DNA of 60,853 bases, counting the filler. It is 8 parts of 8 records of this genome, joined end to end, with 100 filler letters (N's around TTAATTAATTAA, not from the genome) between each part and the next. Parts side by side here need not be neighbours in the genome. Positions count along the whole stretch, not along the records: positions 40,595 to 48,586 come from SRR31147125_499; positions 48,687 to 54,763 come from SRR31147125_501; 6 more parts are not named here. One strand, 5' to 3'. Made by a program: the position numbers and the translations under genes. Below the pieces are notes generated by a model. The model did no database searches. It worked only from the letters and a program-made list of their open reading frames with translations, and was not told the origin of the DNA. The first letter of the stretch is position 1, and every line of letters begins with the position of its first letter. Of this stretch, positions 40,595 to 51,790 are shown in pieces.

Positions 40595-42674
40595 AACAAT
40601 GCTCGGCGATACGGCCGTTGCTGTTCATCCGGATGATGATCGCTATAAAAAATTAATTGGAAAAACAGTTGTTTTACCACTGGTGAATAGAGAAATACCC
40701 ATTGTGGCTGATGAGCATGCTGATCCGGAAAAGGGGAGTGGAGCTGTCAAAATAACTCCGGCGCATGATTTTGATGATTTTGAGGTAGGATTACGTCACA
40801 ATTTAGAGCAAATTTCCGTCATTGGTAGTGATGGACGTATGAGTGAAAACGCTCAGGCGTATGAAGGCATGGATCGATTTGATGCCAGGGACAAGATCCT
40901 GGCGGATTTAACTGAACTTGGTTTAGTACGCGGGGAAGAAAAAAAGATTGTTCCTGTACCGAGATGCTATCGCTCCGGTGATATTATAGAACCCTTTTTG
41001 TCAGAGCAATGGTTTGTAAAAATGAAGCCATTAGCTGAACCGGCTCTTGAAGCGGTTCGTTCCGGTAAAATACGGTTTCATCCAAAACATTGGGAAGAAA
41101 CCTATTTTCATTGGATGGAAAATATTCGTGATTGGTGTATCAGTCGTCAGATATGGTGGGGACATCGCGTTCCTGTATGGTACTGTCCTGATGGACATGT
41201 GACGGTTTCAACAGAGGATCCGGAAGCATGCGCGACGTGTGGCAGTAAAGAGATTAAACAGGACGAAGATGTGCTGGATACATGGTTTTCATCCTGGCTA
41301 TGGCCGTTCAGCACATTAGGCTGGCCAAAAGATACAGCTGATTTAAAGGCCTTTTTTCCAGGAGATTCCCTGGTAACCGGTCCTGATATCATCTTTTTCT
41401 GGGTAGCCAGAATGATCATGGCTTCACTGGAGTTTATGGGCGATATCCCGTTCAAGGATGTTATTTTTAATGGTATGATCCGCGACAAAAACAATCGTAA
41501 AATGTCCAAGTCGCTGGGTAATTCACCGGATCCGCTCTGGCTTGTTGATGGCCAGGATGTACCCGGAATGGGTGAATTTGCCAAGAAGAATCCTTCTTAT
41601 CAAAAGGGTGTTCCGGCCTATGGTGCGGATGCCATTCGTTTAACCATGGTATATTTGACGCCTCATGGCGGCGATATACGCTTTGATCACACAATGGTTG
41701 AACTGGGACAAAAATTCAGCAACAAACTGTGGAATGCCGCGCGATTTGTATTAATGAATTTAGATGAAAACCAGCCGTTGCTGAGTTTGGATGAGATTAA
41801 GGATAACGAGTTCGAACTGGCCGATGAATGGATTCTGAGCCGCCTGAACCGTGCGATTAATGTAGTTGACAAGTCCTTAAATGAATTTAAAATGAATGAT
41901 GCCACACATGCTGTCTATAGTTTCATCTGGTCCGAGTATTGTGACTGGTATATAGAGTTGATCAAAAAAAGACTTTATGATGAGAGTAATCCTCGCGCAC
42001 AACAGGTAGCCCGCTCTCTTGCTGTTTATTTATTGGATAATATTGTTCGCTTGTTGCATCCGTTAATGCCGTTTATCACAGAAGAAATTTGGCAATCCCT
42101 GCCGGATTCTTTGAAAGGACATGATGAAACAGAGACGATCATGCTACAACCATATCCAATAGCAGATATGAACCGGGTTGACAAAAAGATGGAACGTCGT
42201 ATGGTTCTGGTTCAACAGGTTGTGGGCGCTTTACGCAACATTCGTGGCGAAATGAATGTTCCCCCGTCCAAGGAAGCTGAGATTATCGTACATTGTCCGG
42301 ATGAGAAAAAACTGTCCGTTATTCAAAATAATGAATCCTATCTGACAAGATTAGCCCGTCTGGCAAAAATAAGCTACGATAGTAAACGTCCTCCAGCCTC
42401 TGCAAGCGCTGTTGTTAGTGGAATTGAAATTTTTATGCCTTTGGCCGGGCTTATTGATATCGATATTGAAAAAAACAGATTAGAGAAAGAAATTTCTCGT
42501 ATTGAAAATCAAAAGATGGCCCTGGAAAAGAAACTTTCTAATGAAAAGTTTGTTTCCCGAGCGCCTCAGGATGTCGTGGAAAAAGAAAAAAAGAAAAAAG
42601 AGGATTTTGAAGAGAATCTTGTCAAGTTGAAAGAACATTTAGAGGTTCTTGTCAACAACTCTTCCAAAGAGTAG
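40595..42674 (+). CDS. valS: Valine--tRNA ligase (5'-truncated)
   Basis: GDTAVAVHP, VKITPAHD, DWCISRQIWWGH, DVLDTWFSS, KMSKS, C-terminal coiled coil. Confidence 0.97.
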
Positions 42675-42704
42675 ACATATCTTAAAGTGTTTAATTGTCA
42701 TGAA

Positions 42705-42743
42705 TCATCCCAAAGCTTAATATCCTTTGGGATGACTTTTTTT
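42705..42743 (+). terminator. Intrinsic terminator after valS
   Basis: tcatcccaaag/ctttgggatga stem + T7. Confidence 0.75.
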
Positions 42744-42934
42744 AGAGCGATACGCCTCGGTTAATTTGTTTGATTTATTGATGTTGCCCTGATCTCTTTG
42801 GTGGTTATTGTACTGTTTGATGTATAATGTAGAGTTGTATGTATTTATTATATTTACCAGAATATCAGGGTTGTTGTAAAAAGTAATAATGAAATTGTGT
42901 TATATGAACACAAACAAAATTAAGGGCTATTAAA

Positions 42935-44287
42935 ATGAGAAAATATTTTTTATTTTTTGTGTTTCTAATCAGCCTTTCCCGCATGAGTGCTGCTGATTCA
43001 AATGTAGCGGTTACCGTTTATAACAATGATTTGGCTCTTATTAAGGAATTCAGAACGGTTCCTTTTCAAAAGGGAATTCAGGAATATAAATACAAAGACG
43101 TGGCCGCCAGAATAGAGCCAACGTCTGTCCATTTCAAATCCCTGACCTCTCCTGAAAGCATCGCCCTGCTTGAACAAAACTTTGAATATGACCTTGTAGG
43201 CACGGCACGATTGCTTGAAAAGTATATCAATCAGGATGTCGTTGTGATGACAAAAGAGCAAAATGCGTTTTCAGGGATGTTGTTAAATGCCCGCAGCGGT
43301 GATATCATTCTTAAGGATAAAGACGGTAAGGTTAAAGTGATAAAGTCTGCTTCATTGGAGACCGTCGAATTTCCCTCATTGCCGGAAGGACTTGTGACGG
43401 AACCGACTTTGATCTGGCTTTTGAATGCGGACAGAGCTGGTGACCATGATACAGAAATAAGCTACCTGACAAAAGGTATCAATTGGCATGCGGAATATGT
43501 CGCCGTATCAAATAAGGATGATTCAATATTGGAACTTGGAGGATGGGTATCCATTGAAAATCGTTCCGGTGCGACATATAAAGATGCGAAATTAAAACTT
43601 GTGGCTGGTGATGTGAATATTGTTGAGCCCCGAAGAATACTTGCAAAAGGTATGCGTGAAGATATGGTGATGGCTGCTGCACCTCCTCAATTTGAAGAAA
43701 AAGAGTTTTTCGAATATCATCTGTATACCCTCCCGCGTCCGGCAACTATTAAAGATCGTCAAATGAAACAACTCAGTTTGTTCCCGAATGCGAGCGTTCA
43801 GGTTGACAAATTATATACCTATAATGGTCAGCAGGATGGTAAAAAGGTCCGGGTTAATCTGGAATTTATAAATAGCAAATCAACAGGATTGGGGCTTCCT
43901 TTACCCGCCGGCAAGATACGGGTTTACAAACAGGATGATGACGGATCTCAGGAATTTGTTGGTGAGGATGTAATCGATCATACTCCCAAAGATGAAAAAG
44001 CTAAAATTTATCTGGGTAATGCTTTTGATATTGTTGGTGAGAGGGTCGTCAAGGATGTGCAACAATTGGGTAAACGTAGTCGCCAGGAAACAGTTGAAAT
44101 TACATTACGCAATCATAAAAAGGAAGCTATACAGGTCATTGTCGTTGAAAACTTTTGGGGTGACTGGCAATTTGTCGGCGATACACCACCTGTAAAGAAA
44201 AAAGATGCTCAAAAAGTTGAGTTTAATATTTCAATTGATAAAGATTCTGAAAAGGTTTTTGAATACACTGTTCTTTATAAAAGATAA
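42935..44287 (+). CDS. DUF4139/DUF4140 domain secreted protein
   Basis: Signal peptide, AVTVYN..LAL, LEQNFEYDL, SYL..G..W.A.Y, GLPLPAG.IRVY, GED.IDHTP. Confidence 0.8.
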   Translation: MRKYFLFFVFLISLSRMSAADSNVAVTVYNNDLALIKEFRTVPFQKGIQEYKYKDVAARIEPTSVHFKSLTSPESIALLEQNFEYDLVGTARLLEKYINQDVVVMTKEQNAFSGMLLNARSGDIILKDKDGKVKVIKSASLETVEFPSLPEGLVTEPTLIWLLNADRAGDHDTEISYLTKGINWHAEYVAVSNKDDSILELGGWVSIENRSGATYKDAKLKLVAGDVNIVEPRRILAKGMREDMVMAAAPPQFEEKEFFEYHLYTLPRPATIKDRQMKQLSLFPNASVQVDKLYTYNGQQDGKKVRVNLEFINSKSTGLGLPLPAGKIRVYKQDDDGSQEFVGEDVIDHTPKDEKAKIYLGNAFDIVGERVVKDVQQLGKRSRQETVEITLRNHKKEAIQVIVVENFWGDWQFVGDTPPVKKKDAQKVEFNISIDKDSEKVFEYTVLYKR

Positions 44288-44316
44288 GAATCAAAAGGCT
44301 TTTAGAGCAGTGAATT

Positions 44317-46425
44317 ATGAACAGTAAAGAAGAGCAAAAAAGTTTTTTAGACCAGTCTGTTGAAATGTTACAATCCATAGGACCAAAACGAGCGACAGCA
44401 CTTGATAATGTCGGTGTTCACACTGTAAGTGACTTGTTTTACTATTTCCCTCGACGGTACCTGGATAGGTCAACAGTAACCAAGATAATCCAGCTTAAAA
44501 GCGGTCAGGAAACAACCGTTGTTGCCAAGATTCTGCGCATGGGAGTGAAAAAGGGACGTCGAAATCGTTTTATGTTGATCGTTTCAGATGGTTCTTCTTA
44601 TCTCACATGCGTCTGGTTTTCCAAACTCAGTTATTGGCAGCGAGCTTTTAAGGTTGGAGAATGGTTGGCCTTTAGCGGCAAGGTCAACTTTTTTAATGGA
44701 TTTCAGATGACTCATCCGGAGTTTGATCGACTGGGTGATAATGGTGAGGGTGAGTTTGTTCATACGGGTAAAATAATACCGCTTTATCCTTCAACCGAAG
44801 CCTTGTCAAAAGTCGGACTGGATAGCCGGGGATTTCGGCGGCTGGTGACTCATTTACTCAAAACTCACAAAAAGAAATTAAAAGAAACATTACCTCTGAT
44901 TATCATTCAGCGTCAAAAGTTGTTACAGCTGGCAGATGCTATCGAACATATACATTTTCCAAAAAATTTCCATTATCTTCGTTCAGCAAAACAACGCCTT
45001 AAATTTGACGAGCTTTTTTATCTTGAATTAATGGTCGCCTTTCGAAAACAACAGATGGAAGATGTGCATGGCGGCATTCGTTTTGACAAAGTCGGTGATA
45101 AAGTAAAGGAACTTGTCGATAGTTTACCGTTCGAGCTCACCGGAGCTCAAAAAAAAGTCATGCATGAGATACGTGCAGACATGAAAAGCGGTAAACCCAT
45201 GAATCGATTGTTACAGGGCGATGTCGGTTCTGGAAAAACCATGGTTGCACTCATCACCATGCTCATTGCCGTTGAAAATGGTTATCAAGCGGCTATGATG
45301 GCGCCTACTGAAATCCTGGCTGAACAACATTATATCAACATTCACAAGCTATTAAATGAAATTGGTATACATACAGTATTACTGGTAGGGGGACAGAACA
45401 AAGTTGAAAGAGAACGTGTTCTCGAAGACATTATTCATGGTCATGCTCATATTGTTATCGGCACACATGCACTCATTCAAAACAGCGTTGATTTTCAAAA
45501 TTTGGGTCTGGTAATCATAGATGAGCAACATCGTTTTGGTGTTATGCAAAGGGCTGAATTGAGAGCAAAAGGTGTGAATCCGGATGTTTTGGTTATGACG
45601 GCCACTCCTATACCACGTACCCTGTCTTTAACCGTTTATGGTGATTTGGACGTATCTGTGCTTGATGAATTACCTTCCGGGCGAAAGCCGATAAAAACTA
45701 TCTGGCGGCGTGAACAGACGCGAAGTAAGATCTACCAGTTTGTAAGAGAGCAGATCTCAAAAGGATCGCAAGCTTATGTTGTTTTTCCTCTGGTTGAAGA
45801 ATCTGAAAAAATGGATTTAAAGGCAGCATCGGACAGTTATGAAAAAATGCGGACCACCTTTTTTGCCAATTATAACATGGGTCTCTTACATGGCCGTATG
45901 AAAAGCGAGGAAAAAGAAGCGGTCATGAATGCCTTTAAACAAGGCGATTTGAAAATCCTCGTCAGCACCACCGTGATTGAGGTTGGTGTGGATGTGCCGA
46001 ACGCAACAATTATGATTATCGAACATGCTGAACGATTTGGTTTAACACAGTTACACCAGTTAAGGGGACGAGTTGGTAGAGGATCAAAACAATCCTATTG
46101 TATACTCGTTGGCTATGGTGAGTTTAGTGTCGAAGGAAAAAGGCGTTTGGACACCATGGTTGAGACAAACGATGGATTTAAAATTGCCGAAGTTGATCTG
46201 GATCTGAGAGGACCTGGCGAGTTCTTTGGCACCAGGCAGCATGGAATGCCTGAGCTCAAGATAGCGGATGTAACCAAAGATATAAAGATATTATACAAAG
46301 CTCGCGAAGAAGCCTTTAAACTCGCTCAGGAAGATCCACAACTTTTAAAATCCGATGATGTGGCAACCCGGCACTATTTTATAAAAAATTACAGAGATAA
46401 ATACGATCTTGCCTGGGTCGGATGA
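44317..46425 (+). CDS. recG: ATP-dependent DNA helicase RecG
   Basis: RLLQGDVGSGKT, MAPTEILA, DEQHRFG, MTATPIPRTL, QLHQLRGRVGR, RGPGE. Confidence 0.97.
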   Translation: MNSKEEQKSFLDQSVEMLQSIGPKRATALDNVGVHTVSDLFYYFPRRYLDRSTVTKIIQLKSGQETTVVAKILRMGVKKGRRNRFMLIVSDGSSYLTCVWFSKLSYWQRAFKVGEWLAFSGKVNFFNGFQMTHPEFDRLGDNGEGEFVHTGKIIPLYPSTEALSKVGLDSRGFRRLVTHLLKTHKKKLKETLPLIIIQRQKLLQLADAIEHIHFPKNFHYLRSAKQRLKFDELFYLELMVAFRKQQMEDVHGGIRFDKVGDKVKELVDSLPFELTGAQKKVMHEIRADMKSGKPMNRLLQGDVGSGKTMVALITMLIAVENGYQAAMMAPTEILAEQHYINIHKLLNEIGIHTVLLVGGQNKVERERVLEDIIHGHAHIVIGTHALIQNSVDFQNLGLVIIDEQHRFGVMQRAELRAKGVNPDVLVMTATPIPRTLSLTVYGDLDVSVLDELPSGRKPIKTIWRREQTRSKIYQFVREQISKGSQAYVVFPLVEESEKMDLKAASDSYEKMRTTFFANYNMGLLHGRMKSEEKEAVMNAFKQGDLKILVSTTVIEVGVDVPNATIMIIEHAERFGLTQLHQLRGRVGRGSKQSYCILVGYGEFSVEGKRRLDTMVETNDGFKIAEVDLDLRGPGEFFGTRQHGMPELKIADVTKDIKILYKAREEAFKLAQEDPQLLKSDDVATRHYFIKNYRDKYDLAWVG

Positions 46426-46489
46426 GTGAGAAAATGTGGATAAGAAATGAATTTATTTTTAGAGTTCCTTTGAGGATTGTTAAAGTCAG

Positions 46490-47563
46490 ATGATGCCCAA
46501 ACCCGATCACGATAAAAAGTGCCCATTTGTTTCAATTATTATTCCCCATTATGGGGATAGTCAGATCCTATACGACTGTCTGGATATTTTAAACAAAAAC
46601 ACATTTTATAAACCATTCCAGGTCGTTATTGTGGATAATGGATCCGATTTAGATGAGGATAAAGCAAGGCGTTTATGCTCTCAAATACGCATCATCAAAA
46701 CAAAAAAGAATCTTGGTTTTGCTGGTGGTTGTAATGCCGGAATAAAAGATTCTCACGGTGAGTATGTTGTATTACTAAACAATGATACAAAAGTTGGCGC
46801 TGGTTGGCTGCATCCACTGGTAGAGCACGCTGAGAAGGAGGCACGAGTGGCTGCCGTTCAGCCCAAATTAACATCGCTCTCGCTACCCGGGTTTTACGAT
46901 TACGCCGGGGGCTGTGGAGGACTCATTGATATTTTCGGTTATCCTTTTGCCATTGGACGACTCTTTGAAAGTCTGGAAAAGGATCATAACCAATATCAAG
47001 GCGTTTCACGCATATTCTGGGCATCCGGTACGGCCTGTTTGCTCAGGCGCTCTATTTTGGATGAGGTTGGTTTGCTGGATGAACGTTTTTTTGCCCATAT
47101 GGAAGAGATCGATCTGAACTGGAGGTTTCACCTGGCTGGTTATGATGTTCATGGAATTACGCAGAGTAGTGTACAACACTGGGGCGCAAAAACATTAAAA
47201 GCCACCTCCTGGCGCAAGATGTATTTGAATCATCGAAATAACCTGATGATGCTTTTGAAGAATTTATCGTTATTTACTTTGATTATCATATTCCCCATAC
47301 GTATTTTTTTAGAGGTGTTTACAGCCATTTATTTTACCTTAAAAGGGCAATGGCGTCGACCCGCAGCAGTATTGGCTGCCCTGGGGAGCCTGATTGTCAA
47401 TAGCCCTTATATATTAAAACAACGTAAAACAGCGCAACGAATTCGTCGCATTACTGACCGGAAATTATTTGCTAACGTTTACAAAGGTTCGATTGTGTGG
47501 GCGTATTTTATCAGGCGCAAAACCAAAGTGAGCCAGATGCCAGGAGTCATTCAATGGATGTGA
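46490..47563 (+). CDS. GT2 family glycosyltransferase
   Basis: VDNGS, NLGFAGGCN, LLNND, FWASG, FFAHMEEIDL. Confidence 0.9.
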   Translation: MMPKPDHDKKCPFVSIIIPHYGDSQILYDCLDILNKNTFYKPFQVVIVDNGSDLDEDKARRLCSQIRIIKTKKNLGFAGGCNAGIKDSHGEYVVLLNNDTKVGAGWLHPLVEHAEKEARVAAVQPKLTSLSLPGFYDYAGGCGGLIDIFGYPFAIGRLFESLEKDHNQYQGVSRIFWASGTACLLRRSILDEVGLLDERFFAHMEEIDLNWRFHLAGYDVHGITQSSVQHWGAKTLKATSWRKMYLNHRNNLMMLLKNLSLFTLIIIFPIRIFLEVFTAIYFTLKGQWRRPAAVLAALGSLIVNSPYILKQRKTAQRIRRITDRKLFANVYKGSIVWAYFIRRKTKVSQMPGVIQWM

Positions 47564-48487
47564 AATGGGAAGAACTGGAAAAATGTCCTGTTTGCGGATC
47601 TGATACATGGAATGAAATACTAAAAACCAAAGATCGGTTAAATATTGATTCGAACGAACTTTTATTTCAATTAACGCAATGTTCTGGTTGCGGTATTGTT
47701 GTGGAGAATCCTCGTGTTGATGTGCAAAACATAGATGCCTTTTATCCAAGTCAGGACTATGATCCTTATTTGAATTTGAAAAAAGAAAAGAGATAATACA
47801 AAAACTTTATTTTCTTTTACGGCCATTCACCATGACGTGGAAACGGCAGCAGATTAACCGCCAGGTCAAACAAGGCCGCTTACTTGATTATGGTTGTGGA
47901 ACAGGTGAATTTTTAAATAAAATGAACCAAAACGGATGGGAATGTGTAGGTATAGAAAGAGATCCCTATGCTGTTGATTATGCACAAAAAGAATCCGGGC
48001 TGGCTGTTTATCGAACCGAAGAAGAAGCCAAACCTGGCGACCAGCTTTATGACGTTATTACGTTTTGGCATAGTTTAGAGCATCTGTATGATCCCAAGGA
48101 TGTATTGATCCGAATGCAAAAGTGGCTGCATCCGGATGGGGTGATCTTTATCGCGGCACCTGATTGGCGCAGTTTTGATGCAAAAAGTATGGAGCCTTTT
48201 GGTCGGCTTATGATCTTCCTCGCCACGTATGGCATTTTGATCCAAATTCCATACAGAATTTAGCTTGTCAGGCAGGTCTGGACGTGATAGCTAAAAAACA
48301 AATGCCTCTCGATGCCTATTATCATTCACTACTTAGTGAAAAATGGATCCAGACACACCGTGATTTGCCCGGTTGGTGGCTTCCGGTAATGAGTGTTCGG
48401 GGTGTGCTGGTTGCGACTATTTCAAAGCTGTCCGGTATGTTTCAGCATGGTTCCGGCATGTTATATATGCTTCGTAACAGCAGGTAA
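47554..48487 (+). CDS. Class I SAM-dependent methyltransferase (several frameshifts: ORFs 47497-47796, 47832-48263, 48284-48487)
   Basis: CPVC..CSGCG N-terminus, LDYGCGTG, WHSLEH; AYDLPRH in an alternative frame; AGGAG before the ATG at 47554. Confidence 0.75.
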
Positions 48488-48586
48488 ATAGTTCTTGTGA
48501 TCATGTTATTCGAAAAAAATAGAAAGATAGCCAGATAAACCTTGGTTTGAATGTCGTTTTGATTAAATTATAAGAATTGACTTTAA

Positions 48587-48686
48587 NNNNNNNNNNNNNN
48601 NNNNNNNNNNNNNNNNNNNNNNNNNNNNNNTTAATTAATTAANNNNNNNNNNNNNNNNNNNNNNNNNNNNNNNNNNNNNNNNNNNN
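48587..48686. other. Artificial contig-join spacer
   Basis: N-run + TTAATTAATTAA + N-run. Confidence 0.98.
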
Positions 48687-49986
48687 CGGGGGAAAACTGG
48701 AAAAACAATTACATGGGTGCGGTTGCGCTCTCCACTGAGAACCAGCTTAAGTCAAAAGAAGATAAATGCCGTTTTGCCGGTCGTGGTGGAATGGGCAGCC
48801 TTATGGGATATAAGAATGTACTTGCCCTGGTGGCACAGAGCACAGATAAGGTTCGCAAGCCGAGTGCATTGGTTAAAGCTGCCAACCTTAATGTTATTAA
48901 GGGGGTGGTTCAGCGCGGATTCAGCCTTTAAACCGGGGTGGCGGTGGAGGAACCTGGGCTGCTTACGATGTGCTCCAAGCGTTTCATGCCGTGCCTTACA
49001 ATAATTTTCGACCTGCAGGGAATGACATTCCGGAAAAATTATTTCGTGAAAATGTCGAACCCGATTATCACATCAAAACAGAGGCCTGCTACCGATGTGG
49101 TATTACCTGCCACAATAATATCTCTGAGAAAAATCAAGATGGGAGTCAGGGGGAGTTTCTCGCCAAATTTGATTACGAACCCCTCAATCTCCTCGGCACC
49201 AACATCGGTATTCACGATGCCGGACAAGCGGCACGGCTGATCCAGCTGGGCGACAACTATGGCATGGATTCCATCTCTCTTGGAGTGACCATTTCTTATG
49301 TGATGGCGTACAACGAGCGGCATCCAGAGTCGCCGATACTCAATGGAGCGACCTTTGGCGACTACGAAAAAGCAAGGGAATTGATTATAACGGCCGGTCT
49401 CGGGGAATGTCCTGGAGTCGGTCAGGGGTCGATGCGCCTTTCGGATCAGTTGCGTGAGCCGGAATATGCTTATCACGTGAAAGGCTTAGAGCTGCCGGCC
49501 TATCAGCCGGAGAGCAACCCCGGCTACGCCTGGGCCATTGCCGGTGGCCATATGTCGATGGGAACCTACGGATTGCTAACCCGTGAAGGAAAGTCCGACC
49601 TCGATTCCTGGGTACAAGGGATTACCGAGGACAAATTGCATATCGTTGGTTTCGATATGATCGGCCTGTGTAAGTTTTTCGACATCGCCAAAGGGATCGG
49701 AACCCAGATGGTGGTCGACTGCCTCAAGAGTGAGTTTAACTTCGAGGTCACGACCGACGACATTCGTGATGCCGTGCGGCGTGCCTTTCTACGTGGATTA
49801 GCCCTTGAGTTACGACAGGGGTACACGAAGGAAGAATTTCGCATTCCGGCTGAAACCATCGATAACCCGAATCCGCATATCAAGCTGCCGAATATTACCA
49901 ACAGAGAATTCATCGAAGAACTTGAAAATCGGGTCTGGGCAATTTTCGAACCGGAACTTGAAGGGATACTTCCAGAAAACAGATAG
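48687..49986 (+). CDS. Aldehyde:ferredoxin oxidoreductase (W/Mo AOR family), 5'-truncated, frameshifted near 48900-48930
   Basis: FAGRGGMGS..G.KN, CYRCGITC, DYEP, DNYGMDSIS, VKGLELPAY, GLCKF. Confidence 0.85.
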
Positions 49987-50024
49987 TAAAGTCTGTTAGA
50001 TTTCAGATCTCATTATTTCACAAA

Positions 50025-50051
50025 GAGCCCGACGCTTTCAGCGTCGGGCTC
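50025..50051 (+). terminator. GC-rich hairpin after AOR
   Basis: 12-bp stem GAGCCCGACGCT/AGCGTCGGGCTC. Confidence 0.6.
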
Positions 50052-50291
50052 GCTTGCCTTTTCAGGGTGAAATGTGAAAATTATGCCTCCCTTCCTCTCG
50101 GCTTTTCCCTCCACTTTTTCATGCATGATATGCCTTGCTCGGGGATGGCGGGCAGAGTTAGAAGCTGTTTGGCTTTTTCTCTGGGGAAGAGCTTGTTTAG
50201 GAGTGACTTGCCTGTTCTTTTTGTTGCGTGACAGCCTGATAAGGCGTATGTAAGGAGAGATTTTTGGCCATTCCAAACGACAGGTTTCACT

Positions 50292-51067
50292 ATGAACAGA
50301 ATTCACCAGATCTTTTTTCTCCGACAGGAACCACACGGGCCATCGTTGATGCCGTCAGCAAAGGGTTATCTTTTGATGTTAAGGCGACCCATGATTTGAC
50401 GCATGTTGATTGTCCGGAAACGACGGTTATCCGTGATGGCGTGGCCGTGATTGGTTTTCCTGTCTATGCCGGTCGGGTCCCGGAGGACTGCCTCAAGCGT
50501 CTGGCTTCTTTCTCGGCGGAGGGGATTCCGACGGTGCTTATTGCCATGTATGGAAACCGTGCGTTTGAGGATGCCCTGGTGGAGCTGCGTGATGTGATGT
50601 CCGAAAAAGGGTTTCGTGTTGTCGCCGCCGGGGCGTTTGTCGGGGAGCATTCTTATTCAACACCGGAGTGTCCGGTTGCTGTGGGGCGGCCCGATGTTCA
50701 GGATCTTGAAATCGCCAGGGACCTGGGCGAAAAGGTTGCGGGCCGATTATCCCGCGGAGATTTGACCACAGCCGCTATCGCTGGGAACAGCCCATATCGG
50801 GAGCGGACTCAATTTGGCGGTATTGCGCCAACCACCGATCCCGAGGTCTGTACTCTGTGCGGTCAGTGTGTCTCGGCCTGCCCGGTCAAAGTTGTTTCGA
50901 TGGCTGATTCGATCCAGACCGATAATCAAGGGTGTATTATGTGTTGTGCCTGCACCCGGGCCTGTTATTTCGGCGCGCGTACTTTCAATCACCCTGTCCT
51001 CGAAGAGAAACGTTCACTGTTACTAAAAAACTGCTCTGAGCCGAAAGCCCCACAACTGTTCTTTTGA
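50292..51067 (+). CDS. EFR1 family flavodoxin-ferredoxin fusion (true start probably the ATG at 50292, MNRIHQIFFSPTGTT, with a T-run indel)
   Basis: FSPTGTT, FPVYAG, YGNRAFEDAL, CTLCGQCVSACP, CIMCCACTRAC. Confidence 0.85.
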
Positions 51068-51100
51068 CGGGCCGTGTCGGGCGCCGAATCCAGAGATCAC

Positions 51101-51790
51101 TCAAGTCCTGAAATAGCGGCGCTCCGGGCGGCCGATGGTTCCGTATTCGACGTCAATTTTCAGGTGTCCTGTGGAGATCAGGTATTCCAGGTATTTTCGC
51201 GCCGTTGTTCTGCTCGCGCCGATATATTGGCCCATCTCTTCCGCTGTAAATCCCTTTCCCGGGGCTTTGTCAAATTGGGCGATGACTTTCTCCAGGGTGA
51301 GGGCATCAATCCCTTTCGGTAGCGTGGGATCCTTTGACCTGTCTCCGGCCGTTGGTCCATGGTGAAAGAAGCGATCAACGTCCTCCTGGCTCATGTCACC
51401 CAGTTGTTGCAGTTCAAGCCAGTGCTGGCGGTATTTGGTTAAGGCTTCCTCAAATCGTTCAAAGAAAACCGGTTTGATCATGTAGTCGAAGACGCCACCG
51501 CGTAATGCATTGTGAAGCAGTTTGACCTCTTTGGCGGCGGTGATGAGAATGACGTCACAGCTTGAATGGCGTGTTCTCAGAAGATCGAGAAAGTCCATCC
51601 CGTTACCATCCGGGAAATAGACATCGAGAAGAATCAGGTCAGGTTGAAGGGCATCGACCATCTGTTCTGCGTCGGCCAGCAGATTGACGACACCAGTGAC
51701 ATGGAAACCGGACACTTTTTCCACGTAAAGCTGGTGGGCTTTGGCGACTTTCAGATTGTCTTCAATGATCACGACCTCAATTGTCTTCAT
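51101..51790 (-). CDS. citB: CitB/DcuR family response regulator
   Basis: IIEDN, LLDVYFPDGNG, LITAA, DYMIKP, LPKGID..TL, SRTTARKYLE, YG.IGRP; start at the ATG at 51790. Confidence 0.88.
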   Translation of the reverse strand: MKTIEVVIIEDNLKVAKAHQLYVEKVSGFHVTGVVNLLADAEQMVDALQPDLILLDVYFPDGNGMDFLDLLRTRHSSCDVILITAAKEVKLLHNALRGGVFDYMIKPVFFERFEEALTKYRQHWLELQQLGDMSQEDVDRFFHHGPTAGDRSKDPTLPKGIDALTLEKVIAQFDKAPGKGFTAEEMGQYIGASRTTARKYLEYLISTGHLKIDVEYGTIGRPERRYFRT

